64,000 nucleotides of DNA from positions 28,958,773 to 29,022,772 of the forward strand of contig NC_068994.1 in NCBI RefSeq assembly GCF_001194135.2, in the 5' to 3' direction. The first letter of the stretch is position 1, and each line of letters opens with the position of its first letter. This document shows, piece by piece, positions 11,431-24,634 of this stretch. Source of the DNA: Octopus bimaculoides (Eukaryota). The translations under genes were made by a program, and so were the position numbers. The notes beneath the pieces are model-generated. The model saw only the letters and a program-made list of their open reading frames with translations, was not told the origin of the DNA and did not search any database.

Positions 11431-11602
11431 AAAATCCATACCTGGACTGAAATTACATTCATGCATCCATCGCAAATAGATGCAGTTTCTTAATTTTTTT
11501 TTTCTTTCTTTCTATTTTCCTCTTTAAGTCCTCTCTTCTAACACTTAAATGTCAAAATCGATGGGAGTGACCATCATCATCATCATCATTATTATTATTA
11601 AG

Positions 11603-11790
11603 GCAGTGAGCTGGCAGCATCATTAGCATTCTGGACAAAATGCTTAGTGGTATTTCACCTATCGGTATGTTCTGAGTTCAAATTCTGCTGAGGTTGACTT
11701 TGCCTTTTGGGGTTGATTAAACAAGTACTGGGGTTGGTGTAATCAACTTAATCCCTTCTCCCATATTGAGGCTTCCAGTAGAAAGGATTA
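11603..11790 (+). mobile_element. SINE family B, diverged copy
   Basis: aggcagtgagctggcag...ttctgagttcaaattctgctgaggttgactttgcc matches the reverse complements of 19783-19978 and 48460-48685. Confidence 0.75.
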
Positions 11791-12589
11791 TTATTATTAT
11801 TATCATTATTATTATTAGCAGTATTCCACCCATCGCTACGTTCTGAATTAAAATTCCACTGAGGTTGACTTTGCCTTTCATCCTTTCGGGATTAATAAAT
11901 TAAGTACCAATGAAACACTGGGGTTGATGTAATCGACTCATCTGGTGGGATTAATCTACCATCCTGTTTAATACCACCACCCATATCTGGTCCTTGAGGT
12001 ATTTTAGCTAAATTTACTGTACTGCAAGCATTAGGGCCAGTTTACTCCTCCCAGTTTTAGAAGCCTTAATTAAACTGAATAATGAAAACTCTCCTTCCTT
12101 GATTGGCTACAAAAATTAAAGGCTTGGTCATTTTTCATAGAAGTTATTAGTTTATTTTTGATTAATCATAAATGTACTATATTTTAGGGAACGAAATTGA
12201 AGTTGTAGTGTTTTGTCAGAGACGTTAATATGAATGTTATCAGGGAGTACAAAATTCCTTTCAGGTTCCCTTCCTAAGACAATATATTCCACGTTATAAG
12301 AATGAACGTTATAACTTTTAGAATCCTTACTAAAACGTAGATATTACTACTAACATTTGACTATTTCCCTGGCAATACAAAGTGAAACCTCTCCGAGCGC
12401 GAATTGAAATCATATCTCAGGCTCGCCGTCAGCTAATTTATCTTCCGAATTAAAGTACTCGCGACGTTCTAGATACACTGATTTCTAACGCAGACACAAA
12501 GCCATACATTTGGGGTACAGTGGGTGGGGGAAATAATCTGTGCAAGCCACCGCAGTACTTGGCTGCTAATTATTCGAGTCAACAAGCAA

Positions 12590-12750
12590 GCCTTTTTACG
12601 TTGTCGCTCGAATTGCTAGAAATAGCCAAATTCTCTCAAATCGTACACTCCGACCTAAAAAGGAAATATTGGACAACGTGTCATTGATATTCAAAAAGAC
12701 TGGGTAGGCACGATTGGAAAGCCTTTTGTCATAGGTCTAAAAACAACTGT
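12590..12750 (+). repeat. Dispersed repeat family C (core ctgctagaaatagcagccaaat...tcaaatc); more copies at ~1900-2030, 9100-9300, 25985-26140, 26345-26560, 36510-36700, 37640-37740, 37865-38150, 38220-38400, 38720-39080, 46390-46470 and 57010-57200
   Basis: The same core recurs on both strands at these positions. SINE-like, family not assigned. Confidence 0.7.
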
Positions 12751-13849
12751 ACTTTGTTTTATCGACCTTGACGAGGTTTGAACTCAGGATGTAAAATAAC
12801 AATATTTAATTACAAATATTTCGGTGCGACGCTCAGTTATTGCTAGCATTCCATACTTCCAAACTTGATTAGCAACGTCTGGACAATTATAATAAATCAT
12901 TATATGATAAATAAATAAAAATGGTAACATCGGTCAATATTGGCATAAAATGTTAAGAATAAAAATATTTCAATAAAATTAACAATGGCACATTATAAAC
13001 CTAAGTAAAATTATTCAAAGTAAAAATAATATATGATTAATATATTTATAGTAAATTATTGTGAAACTATCTGTGATATATTGCAAAATAATAATACGTG
13101 AAAGAATTGTAATAGAAGTATGAAAGGAAGGCGACAAGTAACGGAAATTGGCGGACATTAATACATTAATTATATTTTTATCTTCACATATTAAGTAAAA
13201 TGAATTTACAAGCTTATTTTTAAATACACAAATATGTGCTCTAATTCAATCATAGATTAGTTAATAAAAAATCATATATATCCTATGTTTTTTTATCAAG
13301 TGGTAATCTGTCTCCCTCTATCCATCTTTCTCTCTTCCCCTCTTTTTCTCTCATGTATGCAAGCTCTTTCACTTTTCCATATTGATTTATTTTTTCATTT
13401 TCATCCCCTTTCTGTCTGCTTTTATTCCCTATTTCTCTCCCTGTCTTTCCTCTGTTTCCCGATCGGGAACATTTCACTACATTTATGTTACAAATTCATG
13501 TCATCTCTCTCTCTCTTTCACACTCCATCTCGTCCTCTTTGTTTTTAATTCTCTTTCTCTTACACTTTTGTATGCACACACACACACATATATATACACA
13601 CATGTATGTATGTGTACACACACTCATGCACACATACAGAGACAGAGAAGGGGAGGGGAGATTTCTCCGTCTTCGTCATTGTACTTCTATTTTTCTTTCT
13701 CAATTTCTCTTTGCTAATTCTCATGCTTTCTATCTCCCGCCAATAATGGCAACACAGTAACGTTCTCTTTTCGTTTACTTTTTTAAATTTTAATTTATCA
13801 ATATTTTTCTCCCTTTAACAAAGAAATTATGTTGATCTTTGGTTTTAGG

Positions 13850-13885
<36 letters not shown>

Positions 13886-14209
13886 GCAGGGTTGATAATG
13901 AAGCCAAAATTGATGTAATAACTTTAAAAAATTAGGCCGTTTAGCAATTAAAAAGAGAAATATGTAATAATGACATTTAATAAGTGACTTTTAAGTATTT
14001 ACATATTCGTTTAGCTTACTCGGATATCTACTTTTGTATTTGGTTTGCAAATATAAAGACTAAGAAATTATGAAAATTAATTCCAAAAATCTATAATTAT
14101 TTTTCCGTCTTTAATTTTTTTTAAAGAATGTCTCACACATAAGCGAGATTTAGTTATAGCGTCGTTTATGAACAACATGCACATTACAAATATTTAACAC
14201 TATAGCGTT

Positions 14210-14440
14210 ACCGATACCAGCAACTGACGAGAAAGTTGTAGCATTTTGGGCATGACATCAAGGCCCAGAACCTCAGCACCCACATCCTAGAGGGAAGAGT
14301 CAATGGGAAAGGAGAAGGGGTGGACCGAGAAGATGCGGGCTGGACGTCAATGAATAAAGCAAGTTGAATACAGGAATCGTTGGAGAGATGATCCTTGACC
14401 CTCAACAATAAGGATGGGAATAGACAAGACAAAATAATTC
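14210..14440 (+). mobile_element. RTE LINE 3' fragment
   Basis: RKL*HFGHDIKAQNLSTHILEGRVNGK matches the RTE motif KLxYFGHIxR...ILEGxVxGKR. Confidence 0.6.
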
Positions 14441-14710
14441 ACTATTTGTGACATAAAACTATTACAGCCCCTCCTTTTTGTCTTTCTCCCTCACTATTTA
14501 AGCTTTTGGATTTTTTTTCGAACACAGAAAACTATCGACTTGTTAGGAAGAGTGGTACTTATTAAATTTTCTTTTTACTTGTTTCAGTCAATTGACTGTG
14601 ACCATGCTGGGGCACCGCCATGGAAGGTTGAACTTTTAGACCCCAGGACTTAAACGCGCGCGCACACACACACACGTATACATATATATTTACAGGAAGT
14701 TAATTATATG

Positions 14711-14784
14711 GCCAATAGAATGACCAATGGTTTCACATCCATAAAGCGCTTAGCCTTATAGATAATTCATCAGACTCTAATGAC
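14711..14784 (-). ncRNA. Well-formed type I hammerhead ribozyme motif
   Basis: Minus strand: stem I tagagt/attcta (extends further); CTGATGA (plus 14773-14767); ~12-bp stem II; GAAA (14734-14731); stem III acc-att-ggt; GUC triplet with predicted cleavage between 14722 and 14721. Confidence 0.78.
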
Positions 14785-14879
14785 TGCAGACATATAACCT
14801 CTCTTCAAACTGGAGATCGAAAACCGTTATGGTCAGTTAAGCCTATTAAAAAGAATCGCACAATTAAATTAAGGCTTAA

Positions 14880-15100
14880 CCCTCTAGCATTTAAACTGGT
14901 TGAATCCAGCCAAAATAGTATCTATGTTTTATGTTCCAAATGGCCAGATGCTTCCTCTGACATCTATACTACAATGTTAGTCTAAAAAATATATGGTCAC
15001 ATCACTGAAATATCTAAGCTACAAGATAATATAGGATAAATTCAAATGAATGTAAATAAATAAGCATTACGTTTGACAGAACAATCTGAATGCTAAAGGG
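14880..15100. mobile_element. piggyBac-type MITE
   Basis: TTAA|CCCTCTAGCATT ... AATGCTAAAGGG|TTAA. Confidence 0.85.
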
Positions 15101-15164
15101 TTAAACCGTTATTGTTGTGATAAAGTGTTTTGTTGTCTGCTGGATGAGTTAGATCAGAAATATT

Positions 15165-15372
15165 GGTTTCAAATTTTGGCACAAGGCCAGCGATTTTGGA
15201 AGAGAGGATGAGTCAATTACATCAACCCCGGGGCTCAACTGGTATTTACTTTATCGACCCCAAAAGGACGAAGGGCAAAGTTGACCTCAGCAGCATTTAA
15301 ACTCTGAATGCAAAGATGGATGAAAGACTGCTAAGCATTTTTCATGGTGTGTTAACGATTCTGCCAGCTCAG
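15165..15372 (-). mobile_element. SINE family B copy
   Basis: Matches 19783-19978 (gaaaggatgaaaggcaaagtcgacctcggcggaatttgaac core). Confidence 0.75.
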
Positions 15373-15854
15373 TAATATTGGTGAAAAGAAGATAGAAGAT
15401 AACAACAGCAATGTATATCTTATTGAATTTAGTATGCTACCTGAATAATCTGGGTTCAAATATTATCAAGATTCCACAGGAATCTATTCAGTCTTTCATT
15501 CCAATAAACTCAGTAAAATAAGTATAAGTTATTGTAAAAATATGGCCAAACAAAAGATGGTGGCTTCTCCATTGGTATCAACAGTAAGTTTTCAGTGGTT
15601 TAACCAATTGAATGCTTATAAAATGATTGTGTAAGTGGCTGAGTATTCCAACAGTATAAGTGTATCAATGGGAATGTTCGTTATGGGTGATCTAAACTTA
15701 TTTCTCCACTTAGCTATATCTCAATTCTTTTCACATTATAAGAAACATCAAATATAGAAATAAACTTTCTTTTAAAATCCAAATTGAGAAATATTTGCAA
15801 TTGCTCTTTAACCAACCTCTACCTTGTGTAGCACAATGTTACACAAAATAATTT

Positions 15855-16243
15855 TTTCTTTCACTTGTGAGACTGTGGCTATGCTGGAGCACTGCCTCGA
15901 AGAATTTTTATTTGAATGAATCTACCCCAGTACTTTTTTATGCCTGGTACTTATTCTATCAGCCTCTTTTGCCAAACCACTAAGCTATGGGGGAGTAAAC
16001 ACACCAACACCGGTTGTCAAGTGGTAGTGGGGAATAAACACAGACACAAAGATACACACACACACATACATATATATACAACAGGCTTCTTTCAGTTTCT
16101 GTCTATCAAATCCACTCACAAGGCTTTGGTTGGCCCAGGGCTATAGTAGTAGACACTTGCTCAAGGAGTCACACAGTGGGACTGAATCCAGAACCACGTG
16201 GTTGGGAAGCAAGCTTCTTAGCACATAACTATGTCTGCACCTA
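15855..16243 (-). mobile_element. tRNA-derived SINE family A copy
   Basis: Reverse complement aligns to 44402-44807 along its full length. Confidence 0.8.
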
Positions 16244-16604
16244 TATTCACACAGCCACTTCTTGCTAATCTTCATTTTGTAATCGAGACCTTGCTTGAAA
16301 TTTTATATAAAGACTTATCAATAAAAAACTAAGCTGAAAGCTTAGTTTTCAAGAAAAACAAAATGACAGTAAATTCTATCTTTATAAGCATACCAGTTAA
16401 TCTTTTATGTTTTTTGAGTCATTGGATTGTGGCCATAGTGGAACGGTACCTTGAAGGAATTGGTGAAACAAATTAAGTCTTGTATTTATTTTTAAGCCCT
16501 GTATTTATTGTCAGTCCCTTTGACGAAGCCACTAAATTGTGGACATGAACAAACCAACACAGGTTGTCAAGCAGTGGTGGGGGCAAACACAAACACACAC
16601 ATAC

Positions 16605-17530
16605 ATCATCATTTAACGTCTGTTTTCCATGCTGGCATGGATTGGACAGTTTGACTGAAAAGTGGTAAGCTGCACAAGGTTCCAATGTGATCCGGCATGG
16701 TTTCTACAGCTAGATGTCCTTCCTAACACCAACAACTCTGAGAGTGTAGTGGGTGCCTTTTACATGTCACTGACATGGGTACCAGTTATAAAGAACTGGC
16801 ACCAGCCACGATTACCATCTCACTAGGCTTGGCAGGTCTTCTCAAGCACAGTATATTACCAAAGGTCTTGGTCACTTGTCACTGCCTCCATGAGGCCCAA
16901 AGTTCAAAGGGTGTTGGTTATGCACCAGTGGCATTGGCCATGATTATCATCATCAACATTTAACATGTTTTCCATGCTGGCAAACGCTGGATGGCTTGAC
17001 AGGAACTGGCAAGGCCAGGTGCCACACCAGGTTCCATAATCTATTTAAGCTTCATTTCTATAGCTGAATGCCCTTCCTAATGCTAACCAGTCTACACAGT
17101 GTACTGGGTGCTTTTTACATTGCACCAGTACCCACACCAGTGCTTTTTATGTAGCACCTTGGTTTTAGGATCTCAGTTCTGTTGTGGTGGATGGGTCTTC
17201 TCGAGTACAGCAATGCATGATATATCTTGGTCTTCTGTCATCTCCTTTATAAGATTCAGTGTTTTGAGATCAGCCTTCAATACTCCATCCCATGTCTTTC
17301 TGGGTCTCCCTCTTTCACAACTTCCCTCCACTTTAATTGATCAGCACTTCTTTATGCGACTGACCTCATCCATCCACATCACACAAACCAAACCAGTAGT
17401 CTCCTTTCTTGCACACTGCTTAAATTTCCTCTTATGCCCAAATTCTCTCTCAATACACTAATGCTCTGTTGCACATGTACACTGACATCACACATTCAGC
17501 AGAGCATAGCAACTTCATTCCTCTCATGCA
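16605..17530 (-). mobile_element. RTE LINE 3' ends (two adjacent copies) with (GAT)n tails; related tails at 6640-6920, 20310-20470, 31320-31660, 32600-32765, 33070-33200 and 37110-37450
   Basis: Minus 17400-17170 reads VMWMDEVSRIKKC*SIKVEGSCERGRPRKTWDGVLKADLKTLNL...VLEKT, the RTE GRPRKTW motif. The 3' UTR ends in ttaaatgatgatg. Confidence 0.75.
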
Positions 17531-19782
17531 TAGAAACTAGAATCCAGAGGGAACTAATGATATATACAACTATGATGAACAACTGTTCATAATAATTATA
17601 AAATAAATTTCTGAAGGAGAGTTTGAAAATTTCAGGCTGAGTTTTTTTTTCCTTCATGAAAGATTAGTTTGTTTGCTTTGATAAGAAAGGGAATCTAGTA
17701 TTTTAATTGTGGCCCTTCATAGTCCATGAATTTCAGGAACAATATTACTGAAAATCTCCCTCAGTACTAATATCTCTAACAATTCCCAGGATAAAAATTT
17801 CATATACCTTTTATAATTTCTATAGTGGGCTTCACTATTAATTAGTTTAGGCAAGGTCTCAATTACAAAATGAATGTTAGCGAGAGAAATTACCAATAAA
17901 TGGTTCATGTAATAATGACCGACAGAAGATAGAGGTTTTTTAATAATCAAATGCAAATATTTCTGATTTCTGATTAAAAAAACAAAAAACAAAAAAAGCA
18001 AGAAGCTAACCACACTTAATAACTGAATGAAACAGTTATGATCATAATGAACCTTCAGTCTTCTGGTTTGATATATATACATGTGTGTATGACATAATAT
18101 CCAATCACACTCAGAATAAATTAGGCACTGCCAAAGACTTGGTCTTTATGAATTTATAGATTTAGTCACTTTTCTCTTTGCTGTAGTCTTGTGGTCTGTG
18201 ACTATGCTGAAGCACTATTCTGAAGGGCTTTAGTCGAATACTTGACTACATACATTACTTAGGTATGTATTTCAGCAATCCCACAAAATCTGAAATGCAA
18301 GAATGTGGAAATAAGGGGAGATAACTCAATCGAGCATAACTGCAAGTTGTTCAAATGTTCACACCGAATATATATACATATATATAAATAGCTAATTTTA
18401 AAATCTCTGAATGAAATCTAAGTAGTAATGATATTGTGGAGTAAAGTTTATTTGGCAGTGTAAAGTGGCCGTCCTACGTAGAACTATGTTACTACCTTTT
18501 AACCCTAGGAAAACATCTTTTCCAGCTGGTTATTAACATATGATCTGTGTCTGAAATATACTGTGAGCAGTATATATATAAGCACATGTATATACACAAT
18601 AGACTTGCTTGCTATTTTTGTCTTCAAAGTTCCATTCACAATGTTGCTATCTAAGGTACTTGCCCAAAATGCTATGCAGTATTATAGAAGCTAAGACTGT
18701 TGTTGCACAGGTAACTTTTTCACCAGACAACCATGCCTGTACCTGTAATATTATTATACTAGCAGTACCTGCAGAAATTCCACAGTTATTTTGAAAATTC
18801 TATGATGAAATTGTATAGTTTTCTGAAACTGTTGATTCTTGAGATGTAAAAATTCACAGAGTTTTGAAGGGGCAATCAATCAATCTAATTAATCTTTGTT
18901 TATCAATCTATCTATCTATCTTTCTATTTATCTATCATATTCTACTTACATTTCTGTCGACTATATATTTGTCTACAGTAAAAATATAAACAAACATCTA
19001 AAAAAAGCCTAAATAATTACTGCCCCAGCCTTGGGCTGCTACACATAAAAAGGTAAAAGTAAGATCTGCAGCTATTTGTTAAGGTTACTTCACTTTGATA
19101 TAACTGTGTTGATATATCTAGCCATCAGTCTTTTTATCTTCTATCTGTCCACTGAGATATATCGATGGATTGAAGATATAGAAACAGTTGAACATTAAAA
19201 CCTTTAATAACTAAAGTTAATTTCTATTGTTTGTCACAGTATTCTATTACATTTAAAATCACGTAACTGTTTTCCAATTCTGCATTTCTATCAGTCAACA
19301 CTTAACTCATTCACTCCCACTTTTCCTCAAACTTCAACTATAACCAAATACCCCTGCACATAACATGTTTATATCTCTCTTTTTTTACCTCTTCCTTGAA
19401 CCAACCATACAACATAATAGCAATACCTTTCTCTAACCTCTCAACACTAACGCTCTCTCTCTCTTTTTGTTTCTCCCTTGAACCACTAGCATAATAACTA
19501 TTACCTCCCCCACTATCTCATGTTAACACTTCTCTTTCGCTTCACCACTCCCTTCAGTTAACCACATGACAATATCATGCATACAGGTTTAGAATATTAA
19601 TCTGTAGATATTGCAATTAGTGACCAATAGCAACAAGACCACAAGCTTCCCATGAGCCTAACACACATAATAAACATATTTTGGCAAGGGTGCTGAAGCT
19701 CCTCAATGGAAATCCACTCAATAAAACTGAAAGCAAATCAAAGTAAAGTTGATCAAAATTGTGAGAAATCTTTTTTCTTCTC

Positions 19783-19978
19783 TAGGCACAAGGCCTGAAA
19801 TTTTGGAGGAGGGGGCAGTCGATTAGATCGACCCCCAGTATGCAACTGGTACTTAATTTATCGACCCTGAAAGGATGAAAGGCAAAGTCGACCTCGGCGG
19901 AATTTGAACGTAAAGACAGACGAAATACCACTAAGCATTTCGCCCAGCATGCTAACGTTTCTGCCAGCTCGCTGCCTT
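19783..19978 (-). mobile_element. SINE family B, near full-length
   Basis: Minus head aggcagcgagctggcagaaacgttagcatgctgggcgaaatgcttagtgg, B-box-like gttcaaattcc, conserved body. Confidence 0.8.
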
Positions 19979-21011
19979 CAAAATTGTGAGAAATCTGCCA
20001 TATTTACTTGGTTTTCTTTAAAAGCTTAACTCCCAAATTATATTTTTTAAAAAAATGATAAAAGAAGTTTGCTTTCAAAACATGTGAACTCGGCTCCAGT
20101 CACACAGTGCAATACCTTAGGCAAGAGTCTTCTAGCCTTGGGTCAAAAATAAGCTTGTGAAAGGATTGGGGAGGTGGAAACTGAAAGACGCCTGTTGTAT
20201 GTGTATATATATATCATCATCATTTAGCATCTGCCTTCTATGCTGGCATGGGTAGGATATATATGTGTATGTGTATGTGTGTGTGTGTATGTTTATGTAT
20301 ACCCTCGTCTTGACTCCATGTGATGGCTAGAAATGAGCATCATCAATTTTGTTGTTCCATTCCACTCTTCCATGAAAAATGTCTGGCTGTAGAAAATCTG
20401 CCTCAAAAAGTTTCTTGTGACCCGTGCAAGCATGGGAAAGAGGACATTAAATGATGATGATGATGATATATTATCCACTGCTAATATTAAAATGAATTAG
20501 CATTCATGGAATTGTCCATTTAATCTGAACGTCACAATTACCACACAAGGTATATTTTTAAAATTCAAATACAGTAGTTTTTTTTCCTCAGTTTTCATGC
20601 TGATGTGTGTCTTTTAATGGCACACATTTGTGAGATACATACACACACACAAAGGTATGTTGTATCCTTGAGCAAAACACTTTATTTCCTGTTGCTCCAG
20701 TCTACTCAGCTGGCAAAAAGTTGTACCAGTAGTTCAAAGGGCCAGCCTTGTCATATTCTGTGTCACACTGAATCTCCTTAAGAATTACATTAAGTGTACA
20801 CATGTCATAATTGATGGAGTGCCAATTTTTCTTAATACACACACACTCATACATATGCCCAAGGTGTCATCTAGTAAGATCAAACTCAGAATAATGTAAA
20901 CACCTTAATCACAGCCACATCTGCTTTAACAATTCACATCTGTTGGATTGTAATTGCAAAGTTTTACAAATATTTTAATTTCTTTTTCTTTTATGCAAAT
21001 TGAATTATTTA

Positions 21012-21382
21012 TTCTTTTATTTGTTTGTCGTTTGACTGCAGCCATGCTGGAGCACCACCTTAAGGGGTTTTAGTTGAACAAATCAACCCCAGGATTTACT
21101 CTAAGCCTAGTACTTATTCTACCAGTCTCCTTTGCTGAACTGATAAGTTATAGGGATGTAAACACACCAACATCAGTTGTAAACCAATAGTGGAACAAAC
21201 ACACAAATATATATATATATATATACAATGGGCTTCTTTCGGTTTCTGTCAACCAAATCCACTCATAAGCTTTGGTCAGCCCAAGGCTATAGTAGAAGAC
21301 ACTTGCCCAAGGTACGATGCAGTGGGACTGAACCAAGAACCATGTGGTTGGGAAGCAAGCTTCTTATCACACAGCTACGCTT
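21012..21382 (-). mobile_element. tRNA-derived SINE family A copy
   Basis: Reverse complement aligns to 44402-44807. Confidence 0.8.
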
Positions 21383-23458
21383 GTTAAGAAATTTTTAAGT
21401 TAATACATTTTTACATCTCATTCTTGTAAACATAAAAAAGATGCAAAACTTCTTTTCTTCCTCCTTCAGTCTCTCATCATTCAAGTCTTGGACTAAATAT
21501 TTTATCCATTCCTTCCCTCCCTGTATTGTCACCCACTGGAAATCATACCTCCTCCTATCCCCGAAGATACTGACTAATTCTTCATCAGCCACATTACCCT
21601 CGCACATCCTTGCATTCTCATACTTGTGTTTTATCATTTATTTGTTTTAGTTACTGGACTGTAGCCAGGCTGGGAGGACCGTCTTGAAAGATTTTAGTCA
21701 AACAGATCGACCCCAAAACTTATTATTTTAAAACCTGATACTTATTCTTCTGGTGTCTTTTCTTGAACTGCTGGTATATGGCTATAACAAACCAACACCA
21801 GTTGTCAAGCAGTGGTAGTGGGGGACAAAATCAAATACACATATGATGAGCTTCCACAGTTTCCATCAACCATATCCTCTCACGAGGTATTGCTCAGCCC
21901 AGGATTATAGGAGAAGGCACTTTATCTCAAACCACATGGTTGCAATATGAGTTTCTTAAACACATATCCATACTCATGACTTATACTAACAAAATTTTCT
22001 AATAAAAGCACAATAAGCCCCCTTTGCAAATGGATGTCTATAGCTGATTAAGTTGACCAAACAGATCACTGGTACTTAATCAACTCAGGTAAGATGAAAA
22101 GCAAAGTCAACTCTAGCAAGATTTGAATTCAGAATGTAGATTTGTAAATTCTGCAATTATTTTGTTTGTCACTCTTCCAATTCTATCAATTTAATGTCAT
22201 AGTTGTATCATTTCTGGCTTAAGTACAAGACCAAATTTAGGACAAGGAATCAGTTGATTACACTAACCCCCAGTACTTAACTGGTACTTTATTATATCAA
22301 CCTCCAAAGAATGAATGAGAAAACTGACCCTGGAAAGCTGTGTGGGAAGACGTTAGCCTCCCACATTCAGTCCTACTTTGTGGTTACCTTGGGTAAGTGT
22401 CTTCTACTATAGCTCCAGGCTGACCAAACCCTTGTGATTGGATTTGGAAGACTGAAAGAAGCCCATTGTATATGTGTGTCCTCCCAACCACTGTCTGACA
22501 ATCAGTGTTGATTTGTTTACATCCCCCATAACTGAGCAGTTCAGTAAAAATGACTGATAGAATAAGTATCAGGCTTACAAAAATAAGTACTGGGATCAAT
22601 TTTTTCAACTAAACCCTGTTGCTGCAGTCCACAGACTGAAACAAGTAAAAGAAAAAGCTAGAACAAAAATCACAAAGCATTTTGTCAGATGCTCTAACGA
22701 TTCTGCCAAAATTATGATAATTAGTTTTAATTTAGGATTAACTTTTGGGAAGGAGTTTTGTTGATTATGATGATCCCAGTATTTGACTGGTACATTATTT
22801 TATCAACCCCAAAGGGATGAAAGGCAAAACTCTCCTTGACTGGATTTGAACTCAAATAATAACAACAAGCACAATAAAAAGAGACATTATTAGAATAAAA
22901 AAAAAAGAACAAGTCATTCAAAATATCAGTTTTGTTTGTTTTCTTTTAGTTTTGTTGTTATTGTTTAACCTTCTCCACCAACTCCTCTTCCTTCTCTTTC
23001 AATGTTACCTTGTGTGTGTGTGTGTGTGTATGTGTGTGTGTGTGTGCATTGGTTTCTTTTCTTTGGTTTGTTCTGGCGGCATAGAACATTCAGTGTGTAA
23101 TATTGTCCTTGATACAGAGGATGGGGTGGAGAAAAGTGAAACTGAAAGGGAAAAAAGAGATTAAGTAAAAGTTAATGAGAGAAAGGATTAGAGGTGGGAG
23201 AAGGTGGAGATATAGTTGAACAATCACCATTGCCATCACTATCATCATCACTGTAGAACAAGAGGAGGAGGAAATCATGGAGAAAAATATAAAAACAAAA
23301 AAATAAACAATAAAAAAGTCAACTAAACTTGACCAGTGGACAGCAATGGCCCAAATGGCTGAAATGTTCATTGCTTTTTTCTTGATTCCCCCTCCACCTC
23401 CAATTAAGCTGACCAGCTACAACCAATTCCCCAGGATACATTTCTGTTCTCGACAGGG

Positions 23459-24634
23459 TCATATATTCATATAATGAGGCACATCTGCATCTTGTTGAGG
23501 CTGCACCTCGTGTGACGTGGTCTGCTGCGACACACTGATTGTGCTGCCGGCATTAGAGGACACTTGTTGTCCACTGTCATTGGCAGGGACAGTAGTGGCT
23601 ACAGTGGTTGCTGATGTTGCATGCTGCTGCCGTGGCACACAGCTTAGTTTACCACCGTTTTTGTTGTTCCTCTGATGCCGCTCCAGATGGTCTTTGCGAG
23701 CGAATGCATAGCCGCACAGCCCACACCTGAATGGTCGTTCGCCTGTGTGGATGCGATGATGTACCTTCAAGTGTGACTTCTGACTAAATGACTTGTTGCA
23801 GACTTCGCAGTTGAACAGCTTCTCCCTTGTGTGCGCCCTCTTGTGGCGAGTTAGGTAGCTGTTCTCAGCGAAGGCCTTGCCACATAGTTCGCACCGGTAT
23901 GGCAAAAGTGCAGCATGAATGCGCTCATGTAGTCCTGCATCAGTTCGCTCAGTGAAAGCCTTCCAGCAGGCTCGGCAGTTGAAAGGGTTGTCATTATTGT
24001 TGTATGAAGAGCTGAACCCCGGGTTTCCACCTCCGCTACTCCCACCACCTCCTCCACCATCACCACCGCTACCACCACCTCTTCCCCCACTGCTGTTCCC
24101 TCCACTTCCACTACTGCTCCCATATCCAGAATTAAAATTTGGGTTGTTCTGCGGTAGGAGTGACTCCTCATGAGTGCGAAAATGTCGCGTGAGGTCACCA
24201 TTTCGAGAAAAAGCTGCACCGCAGACGTTGCACTTAAAAGGCTTATCGTTTGCATAGATTTGCGAATGTGTGTGCATGTATGTTTCACTCTGGTTGTCAT
24301 GGTGCTGTGTGCTGATGGTTGGGGCAATGCCATGAGTCTTCATATGACGTGTCAAGTTGCCATTTTGGCTGAAGGCTGATCCACACAAATGGCATTTGAA
24401 TGGTTTCACACCTGTGTGGATTACCTTATGCTGCTTCAGGTGGGATTTCTGTGAAAAACTCTTGCCACAAGTGTCACAGCGGAAGGGTTTGTCAACCCGA
24501 TGGGACAGCCTGTGCCGCTCCAAGTTATCGTAGCGGGTGAAACCCTTGCCACAGATGTCACAGCTGTGTGACCGCTCCATATTGTGGATGGCCTCAGAAA
24601 GTTCAAAGTTCGATGTGTTGATCATGTGATTCAT
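23459..24634 (-). CDS. C2H2 zinc-finger protein (391 aa; 7 canonical fingers, 1 atypical C-terminal finger, Gly/Ser-rich spacer)
   Basis: Intact ORF with repeated C-x2-C-x3-F-x5-L-x2-H-x3-H units and TG(V/E)(K/R)PF linkers. Higher GC than the flanks and no TE motifs. The start codon is uncertain if upstream exons splice in. Confidence 0.93.
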   Translation of the reverse strand: MNHMINTSNFELSEAIHNMERSHSCDICGKGFTRYDNLERHRLSHRVDKPFRCDTCGKSFSQKSHLKQHKVIHTGVKPFKCHLCGSAFSQNGNLTRHMKTHGIAPTISTQHHDNQSETYMHTHSQIYANDKPFKCNVCGAAFSRNGDLTRHFRTHEESLLPQNNPNFNSGYGSSSGSGGNSSGGRGGGSGGDGGGGGGSSGGGNPGFSSSYNNNDNPFNCRACWKAFTERTDAGLHERIHAALLPYRCELCGKAFAENSYLTRHKRAHTREKLFNCEVCNKSFSQKSHLKVHHRIHTGERPFRCGLCGYAFARKDHLERHQRNNKNGGKLSCVPRQQHATSATTVATTVPANDSGQQVSSNAGSTISVSQQTTSHEVQPQQDADVPHYMNI

